DNA of 64,000 bases, from assembly GCA_965209065.1 (NCBI GenBank), contig OZ242373.1, positions 320,567-384,566 of the forward strand, written 5' to 3'. Source of the stretch: Alphaproteobacteria bacterium (GTDB lineage Bacteria; Pseudomonadota; Alphaproteobacteria; JAPOUT01; G958296285). The position numbers were made by a program, and so were the translations under genes. The first letter of the stretch is position 1; each line of letters starts with the position of its first letter. Of this stretch, positions 10,018-19,692 are shown piece after piece. The notes under the pieces are model-generated. The model saw nothing but the letters and a program-made list of their open reading frames with translations, did no database searches and was not told the DNA's origin.

Positions 10018-10166
10018 TTTTTACTTCTGCTTTTTTCGGCGAGTCCTATTGGGCTAGCTTTTCCCCTATGGTATAGGGCATTTACCCCCCCCCAAAGCCT
10101 CAAAATTGGGTTGCGAACAAAAAAGAATCATGCTATAAGTAATTGCACCAATAAAAGAGGTGCTAA

Positions 10167-11666
10167 ATGAAACGGGAGCAAATCGCTGAGGCTTTAACTT
10201 TTGATGATGTCTTGCTAAAGCCTGCCATGTCTGATGTTCTGCCGAACCAAACCGATATTACCAGCCAATTAACCAGAGGCATAAGGCTGAATATCCCGCT
10301 CATCTCTGCGGCGATGGATAGCGTGACCGCCGCGAAAATGGCTATCGCTATGGCGCAAGCCGGCGGCATCGGTATCATTCACCGCAATATGACGATAGAA
10401 AAGCAAGCCGAGCAAGTGCGGCTGGTCAAAAAATATGAGTCGGGCATCGTGCGCAATCCCGTCACGATTATGGAGAACAAGAACCTCAACGATGCACTTG
10501 TTTTAATGAGAAGCCATAAAATATCGGGCATTCCGGTTATCAATGAGGCGAAAAAGCTCATCGGCATTTTGACGAACCGCGATGTGCGCTTCGCGACCGA
10601 CACCAGCCAGCCGGTCAATCAACTGATGACGAAAGACAACCTTATCACGCTAAAAGAAAAGGATTTTCTCAACGGCGCGGGCGAGGCGAAAGCAAAACAA
10701 TTATTTCACCAGCACCGCATAGAAAAAATTCCTATTGTTGATGAGAGCGGACAATGTTCGGGCTTGCTGACCGTCAAGGATATAGAGAAATCTGCCACCT
10801 TCCCCAACTCTAGCAAAGACGAAGGCGGGCGGTTGTTGGCGGGTGCTGCGATTGCTACCGGTGAAAATGGGTTGCAACGCGCCGAAGCCCTCATCGCCGA
10901 AGGCTGTGATGTCATCGTGCTAGATACGGCGCACGGACACTCAAAAAATGTTATTGAATGCCTCGCTACCTTGCGCCGCAATTATAACGAAACGCAATTC
11001 ATCGCGGGAAACATCGCGACCGCCGAAGCGGCAAAGGCGCTGATTGATAAAGGCGTTGATGCCATCAAGGTTGGCATAGGACCGGGCTCTATCTGCACGA
11101 CGCGGATGGTTGCGGGTGTCGGTGTGCCGCAGCTTACCGCTATCATCGAAACCGCCTCCATAGCCAAGGATGCCGGCGTTCCTATTATCGCTGACGGCGG
11201 CATAAAGTTTTCGGGTGATTTGGCGAAGGCGATTGCCGCCGGCGCGGACTGCGCTATGGTGGGAACGCTTCTCGCTGGCACGGACGAAACGCCGGGCGAG
11301 GTTTTTCTCTATCGCGGCAGGAGTTATAAATCCTATCGCGGCATGGGTTCGCTCGGCGCGATGGCGTCTGGCTCGGCGGATAGATATTCTCAAGGACATA
11401 TTAGCGATAACGATAAATTCGTTCCCGAAGGCGTTGAAGGCAGAGTGCCTTATAAAGGCGCGGTGAGCGCTATCCTATACCAGCTTACCGGCGGTCTGCG
11501 CGCCGCGATGGGATATACCGGCAATGCCTCTATCAAGCAGATGCAAAATGAAGCAGAATTTGTTAAAATGTCGCCAGCAGGCTTGCGCGAAAGCCATACC
11601 CACTCGGTTATGATAACGCGCGAAGCCCCCAACTACCCCGCAGGAGGAACGACATGGGAAGACTAA
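10167..11666 (+). CDS. guaB: IMP dehydrogenase
   Basis: 499 aa TIM-barrel with a tandem CBS insert. Catalytic loop [11 protein letters not shown]. Confidence 0.95.
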   Translation: MKREQIAEALTFDDVLLKPAMSDVLPNQTDITSQLTRGIRLNIPLISAAMDSVTAAKMAIAMAQAGGIGIIHRNMTIEKQAEQVRLVKKYESGIVRNPVTIMENKNLNDALVLMRSHKISGIPVINEAKKLIGILTNRDVRFATDTSQPVNQLMTKDNLITLKEKDFLNGAGEAKAKQLFHQHRIEKIPIVDESGQCSGLLTVKDIEKSATFPNSSKDEGGRLLAGAAIATGENGLQRAEALIAEGCDVIVLDTAHGHSKNVIECLATLRRNYNETQFIAGNIATAEAAKALIDKGVDAIKVGIGPGSICTTRMVAGVGVPQLTAIIETASIAKDAGVPIIADGGIKFSGDLAKAIAAGADCAMVGTLLAGTDETPGEVFLYRGRSYKSYRGMGSLGAMASGSADRYSQGHISDNDKFVPEGVEGRVPYKGAVSAILYQLTGGLRAAMGYTGNASIKQMQNEAEFVKMSPAGLRESHTHSVMITREAPNYPAGGTTWED

Positions 11667-12127
11667 CCCCCCTTATTTTATCTCTTTTTCTTTTGCCCGC
11701 TTTCTTTTTGGCGCAAGCGCAGGCGAATGAAACTTCTAAAATGCTCGCTGGTAAAGGCTACCAAGCGCTTGTGCAAAAAAACTTCACCAAAGCGAAATTG
11801 TTTTGCCAGCAAGCGATGGTCGCCGATCCTAAAGATGTGGCGGGCTTTGCTTGTTTGGGGCGCTCTCTTGCCAAAACCAAGCAAGGAAAAAAGGCAGATA
11901 GATATTACGCGCTGGCACTTGCGCGCGCTCCCAATGATGAAAACGCGCTCAACTGGGCGGGCTTGCGCGATTTGTCTATCGGCAGACCCGATAAGGCGCG
12001 CAAAAAACTAGAGCTATTAGAAAAAAGTTGCGGTCAATGTCAGTCCGCGCGCAATTTACGCTCCGCTTATAGTGCTTATAAAGAGAATAAGAAAAAGTAT
12101 AAAGCCAAAAAAAATGCTACCCCCTAA
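11654..12127 (+). CDS. secreted TPR/Sel1-like repeat protein wedged between guaB and guaA
   Basis: Signal peptide [14 protein letters not shown] and helical repeat-like sequence. Its ends overlap both guaB and guaA. Confidence 0.5.
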   Translation: MGRLTPLILSLFLLPAFFLAQAQANETSKMLAGKGYQALVQKNFTKAKLFCQQAMVADPKDVAGFACLGRSLAKTKQGKKADRYYALALARAPNDENALNWAGLRDLSIGRPDKARKKLELLEKSCGQCQSARNLRSAYSAYKENKKKYKAKKNATP

Positions 12128-13718
12128 TAAAGTCGCGGAACAGATTTTACTTATAGATTTTGGCTCGCAAGTAACGCAACTCATTGCGCGTCTTGTCCGT
12201 GAGCTAAATGTTTATTGTGAAATTGTTCCTTTTGATAAGGTCGAGCGCTTTTTAGATGGCAACAAAGATAGCGTGAAGGGCATTATTCTATCGGGTTCGC
12301 CGGCGAGTCTGGCTCAAGACGATGCGCCCTTGCCGCCCGAAATAATTTTTCAGTTAGGACTGCCAGTGCTAGGCATTTGCTACGGGCAGCAAGTGATGTG
12401 CGAAATGCTCGGCGGCAAGGCAGAGCCAACGCAAAAACGAGAATATGGCAGAGCCACGCTTGAACTTACAGACACTTCTCTCGCGACCGAGTCGCTCGCG
12501 ACCGAGTCGCCCCTACTAGATGGCATAGAAAATAGCAGCCAAGTTTGGATGAGCCATGGCGATAAGGTTGTGCGGTTGCCGCAAGGTTTTGTCGGCATCG
12601 CGCAAAGCGAGCATTCGCCTTTCGCCGCGATTGCTGATGAGGCGCGTGCTTTTTATGGCGTGCAGTTTCACCCTGAGGTATCGCACACGCCGATTGGTAA
12701 GAAGCTGCTTGAGAATTGGATATTCAAAATTGCCAAAGCCAGCGGCGAGTGGAGCATGGATGCTTTTCGAGAGAAAGTGCTTGCGTCTATCCGCGCGCAG
12801 GTGGGCGAGGGGCAGGTGATATGTGCTTTATCGGGCGGCGTGGATTCTGCGGTGTGCGCGAAGCTCATTCACGAGGCGGTGGGCGACAAGCTCACGTGCG
12901 TTTTTGTCGATAACGGACTTTTACGCAAGGGCGAGCGCGATGAGGTCGCTCATCTCTTTCGCGATAAATTTAATATCCCTTTGGTTGTGGTTGAGGCGCA
13001 GGAGCAATTTCTAAACGCCTTGCAGGGTATCACCGAGCCTGAAGCGAAAAGAAAAGCTATCGGAAAAATTTTTATTGATGTTTTTGAAGCGGAAGCGAAT
13101 AAATTATCAGGCAAAAAATCAGCCGTGAAATTTTTAGCGCAAGGCACGCTCTACCCCGATGTTATTGAAAGCGTTTCGGTTTCGGGCGCGCCAAGCCACT
13201 TGATTAAAAGTCATCACAATGTTGGCGGATTGCCCGAAAGAATGAATCTCCAGCTTGTTGAGCCGCTGCGCGAATTGTTTAAGGACGAGGTAAGAGCGCT
13301 CGGCAAACTTTTAGGGCTGCCCGATAGTTTTGTTTTGCGCCATCCTTTTCCCGGTCCGGGTCTTGCCATTCGTGTGCTGGGTGAGGTTTCGCGCGCAAGC
13401 TGCGACCTCCTGCGTGAGGCGGACGCTATCTTTTTAGATGAAATTAGAAAGGCGAAGCTCTATGACGATATTTGGCAAGCCTTTGCGGTGCTTTTGCCGG
13501 TGCGCTCGGTAGGCGTGATGGGAGACGCGCGCGCTTATGACAGGCTCTGCGCCCTGCGCGCGATAACCTCGCGCGATGGTATGACGGCTGATGTTTATCA
13601 TTTTGCGCCTGAATTTCTAAATAAAGTGGCGGCGCGCATCGTCAATGAGGTTGAGGGGATTGGCAGAGTCGTCTATGATATAACCTCTAAACCACCTGCT
13701 TCGATTGAATGGGAATAA
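12111..13718 (+). CDS. guaA: GMP synthase (glutamine-hydrolysing)
   Basis: GATase1 domain (GICYGQQ) followed by the ATP-PPase SGGVDS loop and C-terminal dimerisation domain. Start taken at the internal Met (MLPPNK...). Confidence 0.9.
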   Translation, partial: KMLPPNKVAEQILLIDFGSQVTQLIARLVRELNVYCEIVPFDKVERFLDGNKDSVKGIILSGSPASLAQDDAPLPPEIIFQLGLPVLGICYGQQVMCEMLGGKAEPTQKREYGRATLELTDTSLATESLATESPLLDGIENSSQVWMSHGDKVVRLPQGFVGIAQSEHSPFAAIADEARAFYGVQFHPEVSHTPIGKKLLENWIFKIAKASGEWSMDAFREKVLASIRAQVGEGQVICALSGGVDSAVCAKLIHEAVGDKLTCVFVDNGLLRKGERDEVAHLFRDKFNIPLVVVEAQEQFLNALQGITEPEAKRKAIGKIFIDVFEAEANKLSGKKSAVKFLAQGTLYPDVIESVSVSGAPSHLIKSHHNVGGLPERMNLQLVEPLRELFKDEVRALGKLLGLPDSFVLRHPFPGPGLAIRVLGEVSRASCDLLREADAIFLDEIRKAKLYDDIWQAFAVLLPVRSVGVMGDARAYDRLCALRAITSRDGMTADVYHFAPEFLNKVAARIVNEVEGIGRVVYDITSKPPASIEWE

Positions 13719-14366
13719 ATGTCTGAAATTTTACGCGATATTGAAAAAGAGCTAAAGCGCGACCGCTGGCTCAAACGATGGCAGACCTATCGCACGCAAT
13801 TTTTGTTTGCTGTGGGTGCGCTGGCTTTTACCGCGCTGCTTTTGGGCGGCAGCTATTTTTATAATAAGCAAAAAGTGGAATCGGCAAGCAGTGCTTTTGA
13901 TGTCGCTTTGGCGCTACAGGGCAAGAGCGCGCTTGCTGCGTTTGCGGCACTCGCCAAAGAAGGCGGGGTATATGGCGCGCTGGCTTCTTTTCACGAAGCG
14001 GCTCTCCATGCTGAGCAAGGACGCTGGAGACGGGCGGTGAAAATATACGATAGCCTCGCCACCAATAGCTATTTAACCGAACCCTTGCGCGACCTGTCTC
14101 AAATTTACGCGGCGCAAATTCTGATTAACCGCGTGCCTTACACAGAAATAGAACAAAGATTAGCCGATAGGGTGAGCGATAAAAGTTCTTTACGCTACTC
14201 GGCGTTAGAAATTTTAGCCCTCGCCGCGATAATAGACGGCAAGAGCGCGCAAGCTAGAAAATTTCTTCAACCTTTAATTGATGAACCCAATGCGCCTGAT
14301 ACGCTCACCGCGCGCGCGCAGCTTTTGCTCAACAAGCTAGACAGCCAAAAAGCAACAAAAAAATGA
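13719..14366 (+). CDS. YfgM-like TPR membrane protein
   Basis: N-terminal cytoplasmic segment, one TM helix and a periplasmic helical-repeat domain. It sits immediately upstream of bamB-der, as E. coli yfgM does. Confidence 0.65.
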   Translation: MSEILRDIEKELKRDRWLKRWQTYRTQFLFAVGALAFTALLLGGSYFYNKQKVESASSAFDVALALQGKSALAAFAALAKEGGVYGALASFHEAALHAEQGRWRRAVKIYDSLATNSYLTEPLRDLSQIYAAQILINRVPYTEIEQRLADRVSDKSSLRYSALEILALAAIIDGKSAQARKFLQPLIDEPNAPDTLTARAQLLLNKLDSQKATKK

Positions 14367-15673
14367 AGTGGCTTGTGTTAATACTTTTCGTGGGTCTCGC
14401 CGCTGTGGGTCTCGCCTCTTGCGAGAACGCGAAACCTTTAGGAGGAAAGCGCATCTCCATTTTTGAGCTAGGTCAAAAACTAAAAGTGGAAAAGAAAGAG
14501 GCGACACGTCAAATTACTTTGCCACCGCTCCAGAAAAACGCCGACTGGAATCAGGTTGGCGTGTCGGCGGCGCACACCCCGCAGCATCTTACGTTTGGCA
14601 CACCCAAACGAATGGGAGCGAGAGAGGTCAGGCGCACAAAAGTAGGCGAGGTGGGCGTTGCTCCGTTTGTTTTTCCTCCCATTGTGGCGCAAAATAAAAT
14701 TTATATTTTAGACGGCAAGAGTCGGCTCAATGTGTTTGATAGGCGTAGCGGCAAAAAGCTATGGAGTAGAAGTTTTTACCAAAAAGGTAGTTTTGGCGGC
14801 ACGCTTGCTTATGCGCGCGGGCGCATTTTTGTCGCGACTGGCGGCGGAGTTATCGCCGCTTTGGCTGCCGCCAACGGCGATAGGATTTGGCAGCACAAGC
14901 TAGATTCGGCTTTTCGCGCCGCACCGGTGATATGGCAAGATAAAGTTTTTTTTATGAGCTTCAACAATATTCTCACGGTGCGCGATGCCTCGACTGGAAA
15001 GGAAGTTTGGAATCATAACGGCATTAGCGAAAGCAGCTCTTTGCTTTTGTCCTCCGCCGTGGCGGTGGCGGACAATATTGCCATCGTGCCTTATAATTCG
15101 GGTGAGGTGTTCGCGCTAAACGCGCAAGACAGAAGATTTCTTTGGACCGATAACCTCTTGCGGCAAGGATTCAGCCAAACGACCAACAACGCGGGCTTCA
15201 TCGCTGTGCCTGCCATTGATAAAAATCATGTCTATCTGATTAGCAATGCGGATAATGTTGTCGCGATTAATCTGCGCAATGGTGAAAGAGTTTGGTCGCA
15301 ATTTGTGAGCGGAGTCAATATGCCTTGGGTGGCGGGCAAGCAACTTTATGTTGTCTCGGAGGAGGGTTTTTTGCTGTGCCTGTCGCGCGCGAAGGGGCTT
15401 GTGTTGTGGCGCGCGCGCCTTCCGCAAGGTGAAGCTAAAGGCGGCGGCAAAGGTGAGAAAGGGCTTGTGTGGTTTGGTCCTGTGCTCGCAAGCGGCAGTT
15501 TATGGCTTACCTCGTCCGATGGTAGATTGGCTCAAGTTTCTGCTACGAGCGGCAGGCTCATCGGGGTTAGCAAGCTGAGCGAGGGTTTTAATGTCGCGCC
15601 GGTTTTCGCCGCTGAGCGTATGTTTTTACTTTCCCAAAACTTGGAGCTGATAGAGCTCCAGCCTGAAAAATAA
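14363..15673 (+). CDS. bamB: outer-membrane protein assembly factor BamB (PQQ-like beta-propeller lipoprotein)
   Basis: Lipobox LASC followed by repeated PQQ-like blades. Conserved yfgM-bamB-der order. Confidence 0.8.
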   Translation: MKWLVLILFVGLAAVGLASCENAKPLGGKRISIFELGQKLKVEKKEATRQITLPPLQKNADWNQVGVSAAHTPQHLTFGTPKRMGAREVRRTKVGEVGVAPFVFPPIVAQNKIYILDGKSRLNVFDRRSGKKLWSRSFYQKGSFGGTLAYARGRIFVATGGGVIAALAAANGDRIWQHKLDSAFRAAPVIWQDKVFFMSFNNILTVRDASTGKEVWNHNGISESSSLLLSSAVAVADNIAIVPYNSGEVFALNAQDRRFLWTDNLLRQGFSQTTNNAGFIAVPAIDKNHVYLISNADNVVAINLRNGERVWSQFVSGVNMPWVAGKQLYVVSEEGFLLCLSRAKGLVLWRARLPQGEAKGGGKGEKGLVWFGPVLASGSLWLTSSDGRLAQVSATSGRLIGVSKLSEGFNVAPVFAAERMFLLSQNLELIELQPEK

Positions 15674-15674
15674 A

Positions 15675-17003
15675 GTGTCGGCGGTGGTTGCTATTGTTGG
15701 GCGTCCGAATGTTGGTAAATCCACTCTGTTCAATAGGCTTCGCGGCGCGCGCGATGCTTTGGTGGATCCGATGGCGGGGCTCACGCGTGATTTGCGTCAA
15801 AGTCTGTGCTTGATGGACGGGCGGGAGATTAGCCTCATCGACACCGCAGGGCTTGACGAGCAAGGCGCGAAGAAAACCGAACTCACTTCCTTAATGACAA
15901 AGCAAGCGTTGAAAGCGGTTGAGGCGGCTGATGTTGTGCTGTTTGTGATTGACGGCAGGGAGGGCGTTCTACCCGATGATGAAATGTGGGCGACCTTGCT
16001 TCGCAAGAAAGCGAAAAACCTTTTGCTTGTTGCCAATAAGTGCGAGAGCGACAAAAGAAGTGAAAGCGGAAAGTTAGACGCGCTGCGTTTAGGTTTGGGC
16101 GACCCCATCAGCATTTCTGCCGAGCATAATACCAACATTCCCGCTTTAGTAGATGAGGTTATCGCCCATCTTGAGCCAGAGGAGGAAGCTGAAACAGAGG
16201 GCAGCAGAAAATTGAAGCTGGCGATTATTGGCAGACCCAATGCGGGTAAGTCTAGTTTGGTGAATGTTCTGTTTGGCGAGGAGAGGCAGCTGACGCATAG
16301 TCAAGCTGGCACCACGCGCGATGCTATTGGGCTAGACTGGCAATGGCGCGGAGAGGAGATAACTTTATTTGACACCGCAGGGTTAAGACGCCCTTCGCGT
16401 ATTTTTGGCAGAACGGAGAAGCTGTCGGTTTCAAGCGCGCTTCGAGCCATTCGCTTTGCTGACATTGTTGTTCTGCTAATGGACGCGGAAAAATTATTTG
16501 AGAAGCAAGACCTCCGCCTCGCCGAGCTTGTGATAAAAGAAGGCAGGGGCTTGGTGCTTGCGGTCAATAAAATAGATTTGATGCCCCCTATCACGCAAGC
16601 GGATATTGAAAAAGCCGCGCGGCATTATTTGCCGCAGCTACGCGAAGTGCCGGTTGTTTGCTTGTCCGCTTTAACCGGAAAGAACATCGAGAGCTTTATG
16701 CCTAAAGTGTTTCAAGCAAGAGCCTTATGGAACAAAACAATTAGCACTTCCATGCTTAACGCGTGGCTTCAAGCTTGTGTTGCGCGGCGGCATCCGCCCT
16801 CCGTGCGCGGTAGAGCTGTGAGGATAAAATACATAACGCAAAAATCTGCCCGCCCGCCGAGCTTTGTTATCTTTACTTCCCACGCGAAAAAACTGCCCGA
16901 TGATTACCTGCGCTACTTGATGAACGATATGCGCACAAATTTTAATTTTCAAGGAACACCCATACGCCTCGATGTGCGCGCGAGCACTAATCCTTATATA
17001 TAA
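15675..17003 (+). CDS. der: ribosome biogenesis GTPase Der (EngA)
   Basis: Two tandem G domains (GRPNVGKS twice) plus a KH-like C-terminal domain. Confidence 0.9.
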   Translation: MSAVVAIVGRPNVGKSTLFNRLRGARDALVDPMAGLTRDLRQSLCLMDGREISLIDTAGLDEQGAKKTELTSLMTKQALKAVEAADVVLFVIDGREGVLPDDEMWATLLRKKAKNLLLVANKCESDKRSESGKLDALRLGLGDPISISAEHNTNIPALVDEVIAHLEPEEEAETEGSRKLKLAIIGRPNAGKSSLVNVLFGEERQLTHSQAGTTRDAIGLDWQWRGEEITLFDTAGLRRPSRIFGRTEKLSVSSALRAIRFADIVVLLMDAEKLFEKQDLRLAELVIKEGRGLVLAVNKIDLMPPITQADIEKAARHYLPQLREVPVVCLSALTGKNIESFMPKVFQARALWNKTISTSMLNAWLQACVARRHPPSVRGRAVRIKYITQKSARPPSFVIFTSHAKKLPDDYLRYLMNDMRTNFNFQGTPIRLDVRASTNPYI

Positions 17004-17703
17004 TTTTTTCTCCGCTTTTATTCCAGTCATCACACAGCAAAGGTAAGAGCTGCGGCACAACCGCTTCAGGCGGGGGTAAGGTCATTGGGTCTTCGCCGGG
17101 CATGGCTTCGGCGCGCATTTCGGTTCTCATTTTGCCGGGTTCAAAAAGATTTATCTTCACTTTGCTATCGGCGCATTCCTTCGCCCACACTTGGACGAGC
17201 GCATCGAGCCCTGCCTTTGTGGTGGCGTAAGTCGCCCAAAAGGGACGCAAGCTGCGCACTGCGCTTGAGCTGACAAAGACCGCCCGCCCGCTATAAGCAG
17301 CGCGAAGCAAAAGCTCTAGCGCCCTCATCAAGCGCCAGTTCGCCGTGAGATTAACCGCAAGCGCTTTCTCCCAAGCCTGCGGGTCTATGTGCGCGATAGG
17401 CGAAAGCCCGCCGAGCATACCGCCATTGGCAAGCAAAAAATCTAATTTACCGAAGCGCTCGAAAATTGCGCCGCCGAGTCTATCAATGCCCGCGCCATCG
17501 GCTAAGTCGAGCGGCACCAAAACAGAGGCACGATTGCCGTTCACCGCACGTAAAGCGTCATCGGCTTGCTCTAACCCTGCCTCGCCGCGCGCCACCAGCA
17601 CAAGCTCGGCACCTTCTTTCGCCAGAGCCAGAGCCGCCGCCAGCCCTAGCCCGCGCGAGCCGCCGGTGATTAAACCAACTTTGCCCTTAAATTTTCCGCT
17701 CAT
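16987..17703 (-). CDS. SDR family oxidoreductase
   Basis: TGGSRGLG Rossmann motif, 238 aa. Confidence 0.75.
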   Translation of the reverse strand: MSGKFKGKVGLITGGSRGLGLAAALALAKEGAELVLVARGEAGLEQADDALRAVNGNRASVLVPLDLADGAGIDRLGGAIFERFGKLDFLLANGGMLGGLSPIAHIDPQAWEKALAVNLTANWRLMRALELLLRAAYSGRAVFVSSSAVRSLRPFWATYATTKAGLDALVQVWAKECADSKVKINLFEPGKMRTEMRAEAMPGEDPMTLPPPEAVVPQLLPLLCDDWNKSGEKIIYKD

Positions 17704-19133
17704 TTCGTCCGCGATAAAAGCGAAAGCTGCTTTGCCGATAGGTCGGTGCTTTTATCCGTGAGGTTTGTCGGGTAATTGCCGGTAAAGCAGTGGTCGGTAA
17801 ATTGCGGGAATTTTTTGTCGCGTCCGCCTTCAACACCCATCGCCTGATAGAGACCTTCGAGAGATAGAAAGGCTAAACTATCCCCGCCGATGAAATCGCA
17901 CATGGCTTTTTCATCAAAGCGATTGGCGAGCAGCTCTTCAAACGAGGGCGTGTCGATGCCGTAGCAATCGGGATAGCGCACCGGCGGACAAGCCACACGG
18001 ATATGCACTTCTGCCGCACCCGCCTCATAAAGCATAGACACAATTTTTTTCGCTGTGTTGCCGCGCACGATAGAGTCATCAACCAGCGCGATGCGCGCGC
18101 CGGCAATTAAATTAGGATTAGGATTATGTTTAATGCGCACGCCGAGTTGCCGAATATGCTGTGTCGGCTCAATAAAGGTGCGCCCGACATAATGATTACG
18201 CGTAATCGCGAATTCACAAGACGTATCGCACTCATCGGCATAGCCGATGGCGGCAGGCACGCCGCTATCTGGCACCGGGCAAACGATATCAACATCGCAC
18301 GGGGCTTCGCGCGCAAGCGTGCGACCCATATTGCGGCGATAGTCATAAATGCTCTTTTTTCCCACGAGGCTATCGGGGCGGGAAAAATAAACATACTCAA
18401 AAATACAAGGGCGCTGTCGCATAGGCGGGAAGGGTCGTAGCGAGCGCGTTTCATTTTTGTCTATCACCACCACTTCACCGGGAGCGACTTCTCTAATAAA
18501 CGTAGCACCGATAATATCAAACGCGCATGTTTCGGACGCTAGAATGGTAGCACCCTCCAATTCGCCGAGCACCAGGGGGCGAATACCAAGCGGGTCGCGC
18601 GCACCGATGAGCTTGTCATTCGCCAACAGCACCAAAGCATAAGCCCCTTCAAGCTGGTGGAGCGCTTCGATAATGCGGTCCTCTATGCTCACCATCTTTT
18701 CGCGCGCCACCAAATGGAGAATGGATTCGGTATCGCTGGTCGATTGAAAAATAGAGCCTTGATTGACGAGCATTTTACGCAAGGTCAATCCGTTGGTTAG
18801 ATGTCCGTTGTGCGCGATGGCTAACCCGCCGCTTGATATATCGGCAAACAGAGGCTGAATTTTATTCTCTGCGGTTTCGCCGAAGGTTGAATATAAAACA
18901 TGCCCAATTGCAAACGAGCCTTGTAGTTTCTCTATCACCTCTTCGCGGGTGAAGTGGTCGCCGACGAGCCCCAGCTGTTTCTGCGAGTGAAACAAAGTGC
19001 CGTCAAATGTGGTAATGCCTGAGGCTTCTTGTCCGCGGTGCTGTAAAGCGTAAAGCCCAAGCGCGGTGAGTGCAGCAGAATCTTTATGATTGGCAACGCC
19101 GAAAACGCCGCATGCTTCTTTTAGTTTAGCCAT
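17700..19133 (-). CDS. purF: amidophosphoribosyltransferase
   Basis: N-terminal nucleophile Cys (MAKLKEACGVFG) and a PRTase domain. Confidence 0.95.
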   Translation of the reverse strand: MAKLKEACGVFGVANHKDSAALTALGLYALQHRGQEASGITTFDGTLFHSQKQLGLVGDHFTREEVIEKLQGSFAIGHVLYSTFGETAENKIQPLFADISSGGLAIAHNGHLTNGLTLRKMLVNQGSIFQSTSDTESILHLVAREKMVSIEDRIIEALHQLEGAYALVLLANDKLIGARDPLGIRPLVLGELEGATILASETCAFDIIGATFIREVAPGEVVVIDKNETRSLRPFPPMRQRPCIFEYVYFSRPDSLVGKKSIYDYRRNMGRTLAREAPCDVDIVCPVPDSGVPAAIGYADECDTSCEFAITRNHYVGRTFIEPTQHIRQLGVRIKHNPNPNLIAGARIALVDDSIVRGNTAKKIVSMLYEAGAAEVHIRVACPPVRYPDCYGIDTPSFEELLANRFDEKAMCDFIGGDSLAFLSLEGLYQAMGVEGGRDKKFPQFTDHCFTGNYPTNLTDKSTDLSAKQLSLLSRTK

Positions 19134-19677
19134 AATCTCTAGAGATAGAAAAAAGGTCTTTGAATAAATCAGCCAAATCTTTTAGCAAAAGAAAAAATTC
19201 TGCTTCGCGCACAATGATATGATAATTTTCTTCGGGCGTTATCCACGCATAGACAAAGAAAACCGCGACCATCAGCAAAAGCCCCCGCGCCGCGCCATAT
19301 AGAAAACCAAGAAATCTATCTATAAAGCTCATCTGCATATTGAGTGAGCCTTTCATAATAAAACCGGTGAGGGGTCCTAAAATAAGCGTCATTCCTAAAA
19401 AAACAATAACACCGGCAATGCCGACCACAACAAAATAAGGAAGACTCCAGCCCAAATAGCTCACCATCAAAGCGCCAACCCAAGGTCCTGCCGTCCAGCT
19501 TAAATACCACACAGCTGCCAAAGTCAAAATCCACGAAAATAGATTTACAACTTCCCAAGAAAAACCACGAATATAAGCAAAAGCACCCGACAAAAAAACA
19601 ATGCTCAATATAGCAAGATCCAGTGCGTTAAATCCTAGAATAATGTCTTCCATTTTATTCCCCAAATGTTGAATCAA
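19126..19677 (-). CDS. cvpA: CvpA family membrane protein
   Basis: 183 aa 4-TM protein directly upstream of purF (classical cvpA-purF operon). Confidence 0.8.
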   Translation of the reverse strand: MIQHLGNKMEDIILGFNALDLAILSIVFLSGAFAYIRGFSWEVVNLFSWILTLAAVWYLSWTAGPWVGALMVSYLGWSLPYFVVVGIAGVIVFLGMTLILGPLTGFIMKGSLNMQMSFIDRFLGFLYGAARGLLLMVAVFFVYAWITPEENYHIIVREAEFFLLLKDLADLFKDLFSISRDYG

Positions 19678-19692
19678 GTGCCACGTTCATCG

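Noticed and set aside
8750-10160. I searched the AT-rich islets (8.75-10.16 kb and 53.5-55.8 kb) for integrase or transposase genes, flanking direct repeats or an adjacent tRNA.
   Set aside because: None were seen by eye. The only tRNA (Val, 62572-62647) is not adjacent to either islet. I saw only weak, unconvincing similarity between the left and right flanks of the first islet (ttgggct...).
12072-12110. A 13-codon N-terminal extension of guaA ([14 protein letters not shown]).
   Set aside because: GMP synthase homology begins at the second Met. The extension lies inside the preceding ORF.
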